Below are positions 8,763 to 19,753 of a stretch of 64,000 bases of DNA, one piece after another. The position numbers were made by a program, and so were the translations under genes. Every line of letters starts with the position of its first letter. The first letter of the stretch is position 1. This DNA comes from Vulcanimicrobiota bacterium. GTDB lineage: Bacteria; Vulcanimicrobiota; Vulcanimicrobiia; Vulcanimicrobiales; Vulcanimicrobiaceae. Location of the stretch: positions 3,360,001 through 3,424,000 of the forward strand of contig OY970223.1 of NCBI GenBank assembly GCA_963714015.1, read 5' to 3'. Under the pieces are notes generated by a model that searched no databases, had not been told where the DNA came from, and saw nothing but the letters and a program-made list of their open reading frames with translations.

Positions 8763-10457
8763 TCAGTGTGCCACGAGAGCGAGGCGGCGTTCGTGGGTTT
8801 GTTTTAGCAGCGTGCGCGCGTGTTGGAGGGCAACGGCGTGAGCTTCGCCCGAGAGCATACGGGCGATTTCGGCGGTACGTTCATCGTTGGTGGAAAGTTC
8901 GCGTACGTCGATCGTCGCCGCGGTTTTGCTCTCGTGTTTCTCGAGTACGTAATGCGCTTCGGCCCAGGATGCGATCTGCGCTAAATGCGTAACGCAAATG
9001 ACTTGTCCGTCCGCTGCAAGACGGCCTAAACGCACCCCGACGGCCGTTGCGGTTGCGCCGCCGATGCCGGCGTCGATCTCATCGAAAACCAGAGCAGTGC
9101 GCTCGCGTGCGCCGGAGAGAATGACGACCAGAGCCAGGAGCACACGCGAGAGTTCGCCGCCGGAGGCAACCCGCGCGAGCGGTCGTTCGGCCTCGCCTTT
9201 GTTTGCGGCGAACAGGAATTCGACGTCTTCGGCACCGCTCGCAGTGACTTCTTTGAACGGCTCCAAGCGCACGCCGAAACGCGCGGAGGGCAGCGCAAGA
9301 TCCTTTAATTCGACTTCGACGGCTTTGCGCAAACGTTCGGATGCGCCGTGACGAAGGCGCGAAAGGTGCTCGGCCGCAGTCTCCAATTCGTCCGTGCACT
9401 GCTGGAAGTCGCGTTCGAGTTGCATGCGGCGCTCGTCCTTGCTCTCGAAAAGATCCAGCGTCGACCGAAACTGCGCGGCAGAGGACAGCGCCGCATCAAT
9501 CGATCCGCCGTACTTGCGTTTTATCGTGTCGATCGCGTCCAGCCGCGCGTTGATCGCCTCGAGTTCACCCGGATCGAACTCCAGCGCTTCAACCTCGCGC
9601 GCGACGCGCACCGCCAAGTCGTTTGCCTCCTCCTGCAGCGCTTGCGCCGCATCCGCCATGCTCGCAAAATCCGCGCCGATATCGCGAACGTGCGCCAAGG
9701 CGTCGGCCGCAGCACCCAGCGCATCCGACGCCGAGGACTCCTCGGCTGCCAGTGCTTCATGCGCGGTCTGCAGCGCGCCGGCGAGCTTCTCAGCGTTGTC
9801 CAGCACGCGCCTGCGCTGCGTGAGCCGCTCATCCTCGCCCGCTTCGAGCGCTGCTCCTTCAATTTCTTCGAGCGCGTATTTCGCATATGCGTACTGCTCG
9901 CGCGCGCGGCGTTCGTCCGTGTCGAGCGATTCGATGGACCTTCGGATCTCTTGCCGGCGAGTAAAAAGTTCCGCGACGCGTGCTTTTCCGCGAAGCGCCG
10001 TCTCCCCGGCAAAACGATCCAAGAGCTCGACGTGATACGAGGGCGAGAGCAAACGCTGCGCCTCGTGCTGACCGACGATGTCGACGATTTCCGCCGCAAG
10101 CGCTCGCGCAAATGCGGCCGTGGCCGGCCGCCCGTTGAGCCGCAACGCCGACTTTCCGGCTTCGGACATCTCGCGAGAAAGCGTCGCGTCCTCGTCTTCG
10201 TCGAGCGGAAATCCGTCTGTCGCCAGCCGGTCGCGCAGCGCCGGTCCGGCCTCGAATTCGAGCGTTACGATTGCCCGCGCACACCCGCGACGCACGACGT
10301 CGGCGCTCGCGCGCTCTCCCAAAACGAAGGCGATGGCGCCAAGCACCATCGTTTTTCCGGATCCGGTCTCTCCGGTAAAGATCGTGGAGCCGCGCGCAAA
10401 GTCGATATGCGCGCGCGCGATCAGACCGTAATCCTCTATCGTCAGGCGCCGCAGCAC
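8763..10457 (-). CDS. recN: DNA repair protein RecN
   Basis: TGETGSGKT, ASGGELSR, FDEIDAGIGG, VTHLAQIA. Confidence 0.97.
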   Translation of the reverse strand: MLRRLTIEDYGLIARAHIDFARGSTIFTGETGSGKTMVLGAIAFVLGERASADVVRRGCARAIVTLEFEAGPALRDRLATDGFPLDEDEDATLSREMSEAGKSALRLNGRPATAAFARALAAEIVDIVGQHEAQRLLSPSYHVELLDRFAGETALRGKARVAELFTRRQEIRRSIESLDTDERRAREQYAYAKYALEEIEGAALEAGEDERLTQRRRVLDNAEKLAGALQTAHEALAAEESSASDALGAAADALAHVRDIGADFASMADAAQALQEEANDLAVRVAREVEALEFDPGELEAINARLDAIDTIKRKYGGSIDAALSSAAQFRSTLDLFESKDERRMQLERDFQQCTDELETAAEHLSRLRHGASERLRKAVEVELKDLALPSARFGVRLEPFKEVTASGAEDVEFLFAANKGEAERPLARVASGGELSRVLLALVVILSGARERTALVFDEIDAGIGGATATAVGVRLGRLAADGQVICVTHLAQIASWAEAHYVLEKHESKTAATIDVRELSTNDERTAEIARMLSGEAHAVALQHARTLLKQTHERRLALVAH

Positions 10458-10464
10458 GAGACGT

Positions 10465-11310
10465 TCATTCGCGTTTGCTGCGATCTTTGATCGAAACACC
10501 CCAGCGAAGCTTTTCCTCCAAGCGCTCGAAGAAGCGCAGGCGTTCTACCCGCGCAAACTTGACCATCCGCGGGTGACGTTCAATCACGACCGTTGCGCCC
10601 GGATCAAGGTCGCTTACGACGTCGCCGTCGCACTCCAGGTTCGCGTGCACGATCTCGGAGTCGCAGCTCACGATTATGCGCGAGGTTCCGGGAACGATGA
10701 GCGGACGCGAAAAGAGCGTATGCGGCAGGAGCGGTACGATGCCCAATGCTTCGACGTTGGGCGAAATGATAGAGCCTCCGGCCGACAGGAAGTACGCGGT
10801 GGAACCGGTCGGTGTGGCGATGCAGATGCCGTCCGCCGGCACGTGAGCGACCTCTTCGTCGTTGAGATACAGCCCAAATGGGACGAGGCGCGATACGGCT
10901 CCTTTGCGCACGACCACGTCGTTGAGGGCAAAAAACGTCCGTCCGTTGCATTCGGCCTGCAGCGCGAGCCGCTCTTCGATGATCAGTCCGCGCTCGAGCA
11001 GATCGGGAAGTTCGTCAATGAGTTCGTCGTCGTCGTCGAATTCGGTCAGAAAACCTAGACGCCCGGTATTGATGCCGATCAGCGGGACGCCGTCGTCTAC
11101 GGCGAGGCGCGCGGCGCGCAGCAGCGTTCCGTCGCCTCCGATCGTGATAAGGAGCGCCGCCTCGCCGATTCGCGACCCCGCGGCTATGGGCGTGACGTTG
11201 TAACCGGCCTCGGAGAATCGCGCGCGAACGCGAGCGCTCACCGCTTGAGCGTTCTCACGGTTCGGATCGGCGTAAAGCGCCACGACGCGCTTTTTCACGG
11301 AGACCGTCAC
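10465..11310 (-). CDS. nadK: NAD kinase
   Basis: GGDGTLL, GRLGFL, LND, TPTGSTAY. Confidence 0.97.
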   Translation of the reverse strand: MTVSVKKRVVALYADPNRENAQAVSARVRARFSEAGYNVTPIAAGSRIGEAALLITIGGDGTLLRAARLAVDDGVPLIGINTGRLGFLTEFDDDDELIDELPDLLERGLIIEERLALQAECNGRTFFALNDVVVRKGAVSRLVPFGLYLNDEEVAHVPADGICIATPTGSTAYFLSAGGSIISPNVEALGIVPLLPHTLFSRPLIVPGTSRIIVSCDSEIVHANLECDGDVVSDLDPGATVVIERHPRMVKFARVERLRFFERLEEKLRWGVSIKDRSKRE

Positions 11311-12089
11311 GCCGGTCTCTCTTCGGCGACCACCGCATCGATCTCCGCGTCCCCGATGGAGCTTCCTTGAGGACGCAGCAGCATCAGGAACTCGCGATTT
11401 CCGGCCGGACCGAGCAAAGGTGAAGCAGTCAGCGCACGGGCTGAGAGGCCCAGCACGGGAAGCGCGTCGCGCACCTCGCGCAGCACTTGGCGATGAACCT
11501 CCGGATCGCGAACGACGCCGCCGCGGCCCAAGCGCTCGCGGCCGGCCTCGAACTGCGGCTTTACCAGCGCCACGATCGCTCCGTCCGGCGCAAGATAAGC
11601 CACCGCGCGAGCGAGGATTGTCCGCAGGGAGATGAATGACGTGTCGATGACGATCAGATCGAATTTTCGATCGAACGCGTTATCGGGGAGGCGCCGGAAA
11701 TTGGTACGCTCGAGCACCGTCACGCGGGTATCGTTGCGCAACGCCCAATCCAGCTGGCCGTAGCCCACGTCCACCGAGGTAACGTGCGCGGCGCCGCGCT
11801 GCAAAAGGCAATCGGTGAATCCGCCCGTGGACGCGCCGACGTCGAGCGCGTATTTGCCTTCAGCGTCTATGCGGAAAGCGTCCAAGGCATGCGCGAGCTT
11901 CTCTCCGCCGCGACTGACGAACGCGCGCGGCCGTTCCACTTCGATCCGCGCATCTTCGCGCACGCCGGCGCCGGCTTTGGTTGCGAGCGCTCCGTTAACC
12001 CGCACGCGCCCCTCCATGATCAAGCTGCGCGCTTGCGAGCGCGTGATTCCTTCACGCTCGGCAACGATGTTGTCTAAACGCTCCGCCAT
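11307..12089 (-). CDS. tlyA: TlyA family rRNA methyltransferase
   Basis: S4 domain, FVSRGGEKL, DVGASTGGFTD, LVKPQFE. Confidence 0.96.
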   Translation of the reverse strand: MAERLDNIVAEREGITRSQARSLIMEGRVRVNGALATKAGAGVREDARIEVERPRAFVSRGGEKLAHALDAFRIDAEGKYALDVGASTGGFTDCLLQRGAAHVTSVDVGYGQLDWALRNDTRVTVLERTNFRRLPDNAFDRKFDLIVIDTSFISLRTILARAVAYLAPDGAIVALVKPQFEAGRERLGRGGVVRDPEVHRQVLREVRDALPVLGLSARALTASPLLGPAGNREFLMLLRPQGSSIGDAEIDAVVAEERPA

Positions 12090-12099
12090 GCCGGGCGGC

Positions 12100-12330
12100 C
12101 TAGAATGGGATCTCCTGATCGCCGGGTTGCTGCGCCGCTTGCCCCATTGCGCGGTCGATCTGCTCCTGCGCTCCTGTGAGCAATTCCTGACACTCGGCCG
12201 AGATCGTCTTGCCTTCTTTGAACAGCGCGACGGCGCGGTCGAGCTCGACGCTTCCATTCTCGAGTTCCTTGACGATTGCTTCGAGGCGCGCGATTTTCTG
12301 CTCGAAAGCACCCGGAGTTTGATCAGCCAT
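12100..12330 (-). CDS. xseB: Exodeoxyribonuclease VII small subunit
   Basis: FEQKIARLEAIVKELE..LDRAVALFKEG. Confidence 0.95.
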   Translation of the reverse strand: MADQTPGAFEQKIARLEAIVKELENGSVELDRAVALFKEGKTISAECQELLTGAQEQIDRAMGQAAQQPGDQEIPF

Positions 12331-13696
12331 CCCGGTTTTTCCGTTCGACCTGCGCCCAAAGCTTTCCGTGCTGCACTTGCGCCTCGATCGTCGCGCCCTC
12401 GGGTACCGCCGCTGCGTCGCGCACGGTACGTCCGTTCAACGTCACGATCGCATAGCCGCGTTCGAGCGGCGACTGTGGATTCGAGGCGTTCAGCTTAGCG
12501 GCAACCAGTTCGAAGCGGCGCGTGGATCGCTCGAGTGCAGCGCTCTGCTGCCGGTCGAGGCGGCCTCTGAGCGCTGCCAAGCGGTCCAGCCGCGGCAGAA
12601 GCGGCCGCGCGGAAAGCGCTTGCAGCGTGGAACGCAGCGACGCCAGCCGTTCGCCCCGCTTGGCCAAACGGCGCTGCGGCGTTTGGGCGTTCAGACTGCG
12701 TTCGAGCTGCGCGGCGCGGCGTTCGGATTCACGCCAGCAGTCCCGAACGGATCGAACCAGACGCGCCGAGGTGTCGTCGAAGCGCTGTGCCCGGGCTAGG
12801 AAGATCCGCCGGATCGCGTGTTCGATCTCGCTCTGTGAGTGCTGGACTTGCGTGAGAAAGCGTTTTCCGATCTGTCCGAACCAGTGCGCCGCGTTCGAGG
12901 GCGTCTCACAGCTCTCATCGGCGACGAAATCGCTAAGCAGCACGTCTTGCGTGTGGCCGATCGCCGAGATTACCGGATGTTTGGCTCGAACGATCGCGCG
13001 CAGCACCGGTTCGCGATTGAACGTGAACAGCGACTCGTAGGAACCTCCGCCCCGCGTGACGACGATCGCGTCGACCTGCAGCTTCGACGCTTTGTCGATC
13101 GCTTCGGCGACGTCGATCTCCGCACCGTCGCCTTCCACGCGTGTGGAGACGGTCAGCACTTCGACGAAGGGCGCTTCGCGCGCGAGCGTCGTGAAGAAAT
13201 CCTCAACGCCGCGGCCGCCCGGCGTCGACACCACGGCAACGCGCGTCGGGAACTGCGGCATCGGCCGCTTGCGCGACTTCTCGAACAGGCCCTCTCTGCG
13301 AAACTTCTCCTTCAGCGCTTCGAACTGCGCGTACAGGGCGCCGATCCCGGAGAGCTCGACGTTACGGACGATCAGCTGATATTGTCCGTATGGCGCATAG
13401 ATCGTGAAGTCTCCGTCGCAGATGACTTCCGTTCCATCCTTGAGCGGCGGCAGTTTTGCCGCGTTGTTCGCCCAGACGACGCATTTCAAGACATCAGTAT
13501 GCTCTTTGAGATCGAAATACAGCCGGCCGCCTCTTTCACGCAGATCCGAGATTTCGCCGCGCACGCGAAGCGTCGCGAGCGCTCGGTTCTGTTCCAGCAG
13601 CCTGCGGATGTAATCGACGACGCGGCTGACGCCCTGCACCGGCTCCATCCCGGGCGCCGGCGGCTGCGGCTTGGAGAACAGGGAGTCCTGCGTCAT
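12323..13696 (-). CDS. xseA: Exodeoxyribonuclease VII large subunit
   Basis: VRGEIS, RGGGS, SAIGH, ETPSNAA, LERGYA. Confidence 0.95.
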   Translation of the reverse strand: MTQDSLFSKPQPPAPGMEPVQGVSRVVDYIRRLLEQNRALATLRVRGEISDLRERGGRLYFDLKEHTDVLKCVVWANNAAKLPPLKDGTEVICDGDFTIYAPYGQYQLIVRNVELSGIGALYAQFEALKEKFRREGLFEKSRKRPMPQFPTRVAVVSTPGGRGVEDFFTTLAREAPFVEVLTVSTRVEGDGAEIDVAEAIDKASKLQVDAIVVTRGGGSYESLFTFNREPVLRAIVRAKHPVISAIGHTQDVLLSDFVADESCETPSNAAHWFGQIGKRFLTQVQHSQSEIEHAIRRIFLARAQRFDDTSARLVRSVRDCWRESERRAAQLERSLNAQTPQRRLAKRGERLASLRSTLQALSARPLLPRLDRLAALRGRLDRQQSAALERSTRRFELVAAKLNASNPQSPLERGYAIVTLNGRTVRDAAAVPEGATIEAQVQHGKLWAQVERKNRDG

Positions 13697-15822
13697 GGGC
13701 CGGGCGATGCGGCCGGAACGGGCGATGAATCCAGCGGCACGTAATTCGTTCCGTCGCCGACCGTATCGGGAGGCTGCGTCGGATCGACCGGCGGTGCGGT
13801 CGGCTCGGGTGAGAACGTCGGCGCCGGCGGCAAACTCGCGGAGTCGTTCGAGAGTCCGACGCCTTCGCCGAAACTGTTTAGTTTGGGCGTTTGCGGTTCG
13901 CCGCACGGCGAAAGCGGCTCGGTACCGTTCAAATAATACTCCCACGGACCGTACGAGCGTCCGCAGCTTGCGATCTTCTTGACCTCGTCGCCGGGAAACA
14001 CGAAGTCATGCTTGGGGACGCCTTGGAGCGCGGCTTTCATGAAACGCGCCCAGATCCTCGCCGGAATATTGCCGCCGTACGATTCGTTCATCGGCTTGTA
14101 ATCGTCGTTTCCGATCCAAACCGCGGTCACCAAATCCGGCGTGAACCCAACAAACCAGGCGTCGCGAAAATCCGACGTGGTGCCGGTTTTGCCCGCCGCA
14201 GGCCGGCCGATGATCGCATTGGGATAACCCGTGCCGTGGTTGATCACGTCCTCCATCATGGTGGTGACGATGTACGCCGTTCCTGCGCTCACGACTTCGG
14301 TCTGCTCGGGAAACTGGTTGTCCAGAACCGTGTTCCCGAGCGAATCCTTTACGACGCGAAAGGGCGAGGGGGCGATGTGAATCCCTTGATTCGCAAGCGT
14401 TGCATAGCCGGTCGCTTGATCGAGCGGCGTGATGACGGAGGTCCCGAGCGCAAGCGAAAGATTCGCTTCCAGATTGGACTGGATGCCCATCCGATGCGCG
14501 TACTGAATCACGCGATCGACGCCGATCTCTTCGAGCAGTTTGACGGCGACGATGTTCCGGCTTTGCGCGAGCGCCGTACGCAGCGTAATTGAGCCCATGT
14601 AACTATGATCGTCGTCTTCCGGCGACCATATGCCGCCGGTGCCGTCGGGGTAGCTTACCGGCGAATCGTCGATAATGGTCGACGCCGGCATTCCCGAATC
14701 GATCGCGGCGGTGTACACGTAGGCCTTGAATGACGAGCCGGGCTGACGATGCGCCTGCCAAGCTCGATTGAATTGATTCGCCAGCGAGAAGTGCGTGCCG
14801 CCGATCATCGCCAAAATTTCGCCGGTCGAAGGACGAATCGCGACCAGCGCGGCCTCGTCCGCGCCGATGCCCTCGAGTTTGCCTTCGTTGACGCCCCAGT
14901 CGACGGCGTCTTGGGCGATTTTCTCCATGCGCGGATCCAGCGTGGTGTAAACCTGCAACCCGCCTTCATACGTCGCTTGTTTTCCGAAATCGTGCTCGAG
15001 TTGCTCTGCCGCAAACGTCGTGAACCAAGGTTCGCGAAATCCTTGCAGGCCCGAAGGACGTTCCCCGGCCAGCTGCAGCGGAGCGTTATACGCATCATCG
15101 GCCTGCGACTGGGAGACGTATCCGCTCTGAGCCATCCGATCGAGCACATGACGCTGCCGTTCGCGCGAGAGTTGCAAATCGACGTAAGGTGAGTAATCCG
15201 AGGGCGCCGCGACCAACCCCGCAAGCAGCGCTGCTTGTCCGACAGTAAGTTTGTCGACGCCGCGTCCGAAGTATGTGTGCGCGGCAGCATCGACGCCGTA
15301 TGCGCCCGATCCCAAGTAGATCAGATTCAAGTACCGCTCGAGGATCTCGTCCTTGGTGTAGTAACGGTTGATCTCCATGGCGAGCAGCGCTTCTTGAATC
15401 TTGCGCGAGATCGTCTGCTGGTCGGTCAGGAAAAGCCCGCGCGCGAGCTGCTGCGTGATGGTGGAGGCACCCTGCTCGATATGATGATGCAGCAGGTCGT
15501 CGATGCCCGCGCGCATGATTCCGCCGAAATCCACGCCGTTGTTGGAGTAGAACGTATGGTCCTCGTTCGCGATGAAAGCATCGCGCACGATGGGCGGAAT
15601 CTTGTCGATGGGCACCCAGATGCGGTTCTCTTTGAAAAGGTTTGCCAGCAGCGATCCGTCGCGCGCGTAAATACGCGTCGAGCGAGCGGGCTGATAATCG
15701 GCCATGCGGCTGATGTCGGGCAGGTTGCGCGAATAGGCCGCCACGATGCCGGCGACCGAACCGGAGACGAAGAGCACGATCAACAACAGCGCGACCGCGC
15801 AGAAACGTAAGAATCTACGCAT
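13693..15822 (-). CDS. Class A penicillin-binding protein (PBP1A family)
   Basis: QGASTITQQL, RKIQE, SSFK, SRN, KTGT motifs. Confidence 0.95.
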   Translation of the reverse strand: MRRFLRFCAVALLLIVLFVSGSVAGIVAAYSRNLPDISRMADYQPARSTRIYARDGSLLANLFKENRIWVPIDKIPPIVRDAFIANEDHTFYSNNGVDFGGIMRAGIDDLLHHHIEQGASTITQQLARGLFLTDQQTISRKIQEALLAMEINRYYTKDEILERYLNLIYLGSGAYGVDAAAHTYFGRGVDKLTVGQAALLAGLVAAPSDYSPYVDLQLSRERQRHVLDRMAQSGYVSQSQADDAYNAPLQLAGERPSGLQGFREPWFTTFAAEQLEHDFGKQATYEGGLQVYTTLDPRMEKIAQDAVDWGVNEGKLEGIGADEAALVAIRPSTGEILAMIGGTHFSLANQFNRAWQAHRQPGSSFKAYVYTAAIDSGMPASTIIDDSPVSYPDGTGGIWSPEDDDHSYMGSITLRTALAQSRNIVAVKLLEEIGVDRVIQYAHRMGIQSNLEANLSLALGTSVITPLDQATGYATLANQGIHIAPSPFRVVKDSLGNTVLDNQFPEQTEVVSAGTAYIVTTMMEDVINHGTGYPNAIIGRPAAGKTGTTSDFRDAWFVGFTPDLVTAVWIGNDDYKPMNESYGGNIPARIWARFMKAALQGVPKHDFVFPGDEVKKIASCGRSYGPWEYYLNGTEPLSPCGEPQTPKLNSFGEGVGLSNDSASLPPAPTFSPEPTAPPVDPTQPPDTVGDGTNYVPLDSSPVPAASPGP

Positions 15823-16222
15823 GGCCGTTTGCCGCCTTCACCGAGGAGAGCACGCCGTTGACGAAGCGGCCCGAGTCCTCGGTCGAGAAGCGCTTTGCCA
15901 ATTCGACCGCTTCATTGATTACGACGGGGCCTGGGGTCCCAGGATGGTAGCGCAGTTCGAACGTTGCCATGCGAAGGAGTAAACGGTCGATCGTCGGCAG
16001 TCGTTCGATAGTCCAGCCTTGAAGCAGCGGCGAGAGCGTCTCGTCACTCTCTTCGGAGTGCTCGAGCGTCCCAAGAACGAGCTCCTTCACGAACAGGCGT
16101 TGCGCCGATTCGCTGAACGTCGCCAGATATTCCTCGAGCACTTCAGCGGGATCGCGATGCCCGACTTCGACGGAGAAAAGCGCCTGCAGCGCGAGTTCGC
16201 GGGCCATCCGGCGTGTGGGCAT
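15815..16222 (-). CDS. nusB: Transcription antitermination factor NusB
   Basis: RRMARELALQALF, INEAVELAKRF, FVNGVL. Confidence 0.97.
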   Translation of the reverse strand: MPTRRMARELALQALFSVEVGHRDPAEVLEEYLATFSESAQRLFVKELVLGTLEHSEESDETLSPLLQGWTIERLPTIDRLLLRMATFELRYHPGTPGPVVINEAVELAKRFSTEDSGRFVNGVLSSVKAANGHA

Positions 16223-16231
16223 GCCGTTTGC

Positions 16232-17578
16232 CTAGACCCGTTCCTGCATCAGCGCCGGCAAGAAGTCGATGGCGTAATGCCCGGATCTGAACTGCTCGGT
16301 TCCCAGGATCTCCAAACATTGCTCGATCGTCGTGTTGACGCCCTCGACGACCGTTTCACGCAGCGCGCGCTCCATGCGGGCGATCGCGGCTTCGCGCGTC
16401 ACTCCCACCGCCACGATCTTCGCAATCATCGAGTCGTAGAACGGCGGCACTGTGGCACCGGAGTACACCGCAGTGTCGACGCGAATACCCGGGCCTCCCG
16501 GGAACGCGACGCTCGTGAGCGTTCCGGCTGCCGGCGCAAAGTTATTGCGCGAATCCTCCGCGTTTACCCGGCATTCGATGGCATGGCCGACCGGTTTGAG
16601 ATCGGACTGCGTGTAGCCCAGCGACTCGCCCGCCGCAACGCGGATCTGCTCCTTGACCAAGTCGATGTTGTACACCATCTCGGTAACCGGATGCTCGACT
16701 TGTATGCGCGTGTTCATCTCCATGAAATAGACTCGTTCGTCCGCAACGAGGAACTCGAGGGTACCCGCATTGCTGTACTTCACCGCCTTGGCCGCGCGAA
16801 CCGCCATATCGAGCAGCGTTTGACGCGCCTTGGCCGGAAGATTCGAAGCCGGCGCCTCCTCGATCAGCTTCTGGTGCGACGGCTTCTGCACGGAGCAATC
16901 GCGCTCGCCCAAATGCAGCACGTTGCCGAAGTTGTCGCCGAGAATCTGCACTTCGATATGGCGCGGCTTTACGATCAATTTTTCCAGGTAGAGGCGACCG
17001 TCTTTGAAACCGGCTTCGGCTTCCGCCGTAGCCGAATCGAAAGCGCGTTCCAGGTCGTCGGGGGAACGCACCTCGCGCATTCCCTTCCCCCCGCCGCCCG
17101 CTGTGGCTTTGAGCAAGACGGGATACCCGATTTGCTCCGCCGCGAGCTTGGCTTCTTGCGCCGAAGGCAAGATGTCGGTTCCCGGCGTCGTTGCGACGCC
17201 GGCTTCCTTCATGACGCGCTTTGCCGTCGCCTTATCACCCATTGCGGCGATGACGTCCGGCTTGGGACCGATGAACGTTAGAGCGTGGTCCGCACAGATC
17301 TCCGCAAACCGGGCGTTCTCGGCGAGAAACCCGTACCCGGGATGGACGGCATCGCAGCCGGTGATCAGGGCAGTCGAAATGATGTTCGGAATGTTCAAAT
17401 AGGAACGTTGAACTGGTCCCGGGCCGACGCAAAACGCCTCATCCGCATGGCGCACATGCAGCGAATGTCTATCGGCTTCGGAGAAAATCGCGACCGTTAG
17501 CACGCCGAGCTCGCGGCAAGCGCGGTTGATGCGCAACGCGATTTCACCGCGATTCGCGATAAGCACCTTTTTAAACAA
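16232..17578 (-). CDS. accC: Acetyl-CoA carboxylase, biotin carboxylase subunit
   Basis: [38 protein letters not shown]. Confidence 0.97.
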   Translation of the reverse strand: MFKKVLIANRGEIALRINRACRELGVLTVAIFSEADRHSLHVRHADEAFCVGPGPVQRSYLNIPNIISTALITGCDAVHPGYGFLAENARFAEICADHALTFIGPKPDVIAAMGDKATAKRVMKEAGVATTPGTDILPSAQEAKLAAEQIGYPVLLKATAGGGGKGMREVRSPDDLERAFDSATAEAEAGFKDGRLYLEKLIVKPRHIEVQILGDNFGNVLHLGERDCSVQKPSHQKLIEEAPASNLPAKARQTLLDMAVRAAKAVKYSNAGTLEFLVADERVYFMEMNTRIQVEHPVTEMVYNIDLVKEQIRVAAGESLGYTQSDLKPVGHAIECRVNAEDSRNNFAPAAGTLTSVAFPGGPGIRVDTAVYSGATVPPFYDSMIAKIVAVGVTREAAIARMERALRETVVEGVNTTIEQCLEILGTEQFRSGHYAIDFLPALMQERV

Positions 17579-17646
17579 GGGGACGAATCTCCCCGGCGCC
17601 CGCGAGCGCAGTTTGACGGCGCGCAGTCTGAGGTCGCAGCGCCTGT

Positions 17647-18537
17647 TCAACGGGAAAGCTCGAACAGGACTTGGCCGTACTCGACGGTTTGGCCGTCCCG
17701 GCACTTTACGGATGCGACGCGGCCCGGGCCCAGCGAACGGATGGGATTCCGGATGCCGAGTGCCTCCACGTAGCCCAGTTCGCGGTCCCCTTCCAGGCGA
17801 TCGCCGGTGTCGACGGGGTGGCGGCTGAAATGAAAGATGCCGACCAAATCAGCCTTGATGAGTTCGAGCGGCTCGGGCGGCGCTTGCGGCTGCCCGTCCG
17901 AAGCGGGCGCGGCGGCGCGCCGAACCGGTGCGCTCGCCGGTTTGCGCAGTTCCACCGAGTTCTTTTCGGCGTCTTCGATTCGCAAACGGACGAGGTCCGT
18001 GTCGATGAATGCTTCGGTCAGCGTACGGACGCGCTCAATCAGGGCCTCGTCGGACATGAGCGCTACCGATTCGCCTCCCTCCAGCGGAAAAACTCCCGCA
18101 CGCTCGCTTGGCTCGAGGGCCTGCACTGCAGGAGCAAAACTTGGGTCGAGCTCCGCGAGCGGCAGCAGCGCGAACGCCCGCTCGAACAGGCGCGGGTGAG
18201 GGATCTGCAGATCGGCCTCGTTCACCATGACCTCGCCATAGAGCAAGATGTCCAAATCTAGGACGCGCGGTCCCCACCGCGGCCCCTCGACGCGTCCGAG
18301 CTCGTTTTCGATTTGCTTGAGCCCGGCGAGGAGCTCCCGCGGTTGCGTTTCCGTTTCGATGAGGGCCACGGCGTTGTAAAAATCCGGCTGATCGGCGACG
18401 CCCCACGGTTTGGATCGATAGAGCCGCGAAACCGCGAGAACGCGGCCAAATCGTTTCAACGATCGAACGGCGCAGCGTAATAATCGCACGGAGTCGCCCA
18501 GATTGGAACCCAGTCCTATTGCAGCGCGAACGCTCAA
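17647..18537 (-). CDS. folK: FolK (HPPK) fused to a C-terminal BCCP-like domain lacking the biotinyl Lys
   Basis: [24 protein letters not shown]-terminal GYVEALGI...VEYGQVLF. Confidence 0.88.
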   Translation of the reverse strand: MSVRAAIGLGSNLGDSVRLLRCAVRSLKRFGRVLAVSRLYRSKPWGVADQPDFYNAVALIETETQPRELLAGLKQIENELGRVEGPRWGPRVLDLDILLYGEVMVNEADLQIPHPRLFERAFALLPLAELDPSFAPAVQALEPSERAGVFPLEGGESVALMSDEALIERVRTLTEAFIDTDLVRLRIEDAEKNSVELRKPASAPVRRAAAPASDGQPQAPPEPLELIKADLVGIFHFSRHPVDTGDRLEGDRELGYVEALGIRNPIRSLGPGRVASVKCRDGQTVEYGQVLFELSR

Positions 18538-18896
18538 CGGCGCACGTTGGGATTTTCTCGCCGCAGCCCAACACTCGGCGTTGCGCCGTCCAACAGCTCC
18601 GGTTTTGCGACGCGCACATGCGCGGCAACGATGCGATCGTTCGTGAAAATCGCCTCGAGAATCGCCTCCGCCAGCCCTTCCAGCAGCGCAAAAGAACGAG
18701 ACTGCACGGTTCGAACCACAGCCGCATGGACCGCCGCATAGTTCACGGTATCCGACAGGTCGTCACTGCGCGCAGCCGCAGCGAGGTCCGCTTCCATTTC
18801 CAAATCCACGACGAACGGCTGCTCTCGATCGCGTTCGCCCGGGTTGACCCCATGTTTACCGTTCACGCGAATGTTCCGCAGAGCAATCACGTCCAT
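18534..18896 (-). CDS. folB: Dihydroneopterin aldolase
   Basis: HGVNPGER..QPFVVD, SDDLSDTVNY, LLE, VAKP. Confidence 0.95.
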   Translation of the reverse strand: MDVIALRNIRVNGKHGVNPGERDREQPFVVDLEMEADLAAAARSDDLSDTVNYAAVHAAVVRTVQSRSFALLEGLAEAILEAIFTNDRIVAAHVRVAKPELLDGATPSVGLRRENPNVRR

Positions 18897-19753
18897 CCCG
18901 CCGGCCTCCAATTGCGGACAATCGCGTCCGCGACGCTCACTGCGTCCCGCGCGGCTTCGACGTCGTGAACCCGAACGACGTCGATGCCTGCAGCGACCGC
19001 CAGCGCCGTGGTTGCGGTCGTTCCAAAGATGCGGTCGTCCGGGCGTTTCCCGGTCAGTTTGCCGATTGTCGATTTGCGCGAGGTGCCGATTAACGTAGGA
19101 AATCCGAGTTTCGGCAGCCGGTGCAGATCGCGCAGCACTTCCAAGTTATGATCGGCCGTCTTTCCGAAGCCGATGCCGGGATCCAAAATCACGCAATCCG
19201 GTCGCATGCCCGCGCGAACGGCGCGCTCCGCCGCTTCGGAGAGAAACTGCAGCACTTCGTCCATGACGCTGCCGCGGTAGACCGGCTCGGATTTGTTGTG
19301 CATGACAATCACGGGCGCACCGGCTTGCGCTGCCGCTTGCAGCAGCGAATCCGTCAAGCCCCAAATGGAGTTGAGCATATCGGCTCCGGAAGCGACCGCG
19401 GCCCGAAAGACGCCGGCTTTATAAGTGTCTGCGGAGATTACTGCATCGGGCAGCGCTTTACGGATTCCTTCGACTACCGGAAGCAAACGCGCGCGCTCGA
19501 TCTCCTCGTCGACTGCAACGTGTCCCGGGCGCGTGGACTCGGCCCCGACGTCCAAGAGGTCCGCGGATCGCGCGTGCTGCCGAATGCCGTGCGCTATCGC
19601 CTGCGCCGCGTCCGGTAAACCATCGCCTGAAAAGGAGTCCGGCGTCACGTTCACCACGCCCATAACGTAGGTGCGCTGGCCCCACACGAGCGTGCGCCCG
19701 CGTATCCGCAGCGCGCCTCGTTTTTCAGCGGGAGGATTGAGCGGCGACGACAT
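18887..19753 (-). CDS. folP: Dihydropteroate synthase
   Basis: NVTPDSFSGDG, DVGAESTRPG, DPGIGFGK, SRKS, RVHDV. Confidence 0.97.
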   Translation of the reverse strand: MSSPLNPPAEKRGALRIRGRTLVWGQRTYVMGVVNVTPDSFSGDGLPDAAQAIAHGIRQHARSADLLDVGAESTRPGHVAVDEEIERARLLPVVEGIRKALPDAVISADTYKAGVFRAAVASGADMLNSIWGLTDSLLQAAAQAGAPVIVMHNKSEPVYRGSVMDEVLQFLSEAAERAVRAGMRPDCVILDPGIGFGKTADHNLEVLRDLHRLPKLGFPTLIGTSRKSTIGKLTGKRPDDRIFGTTATTALAVAAGIDVVRVHDVEAARDAVSVADAIVRNWRPAGWT

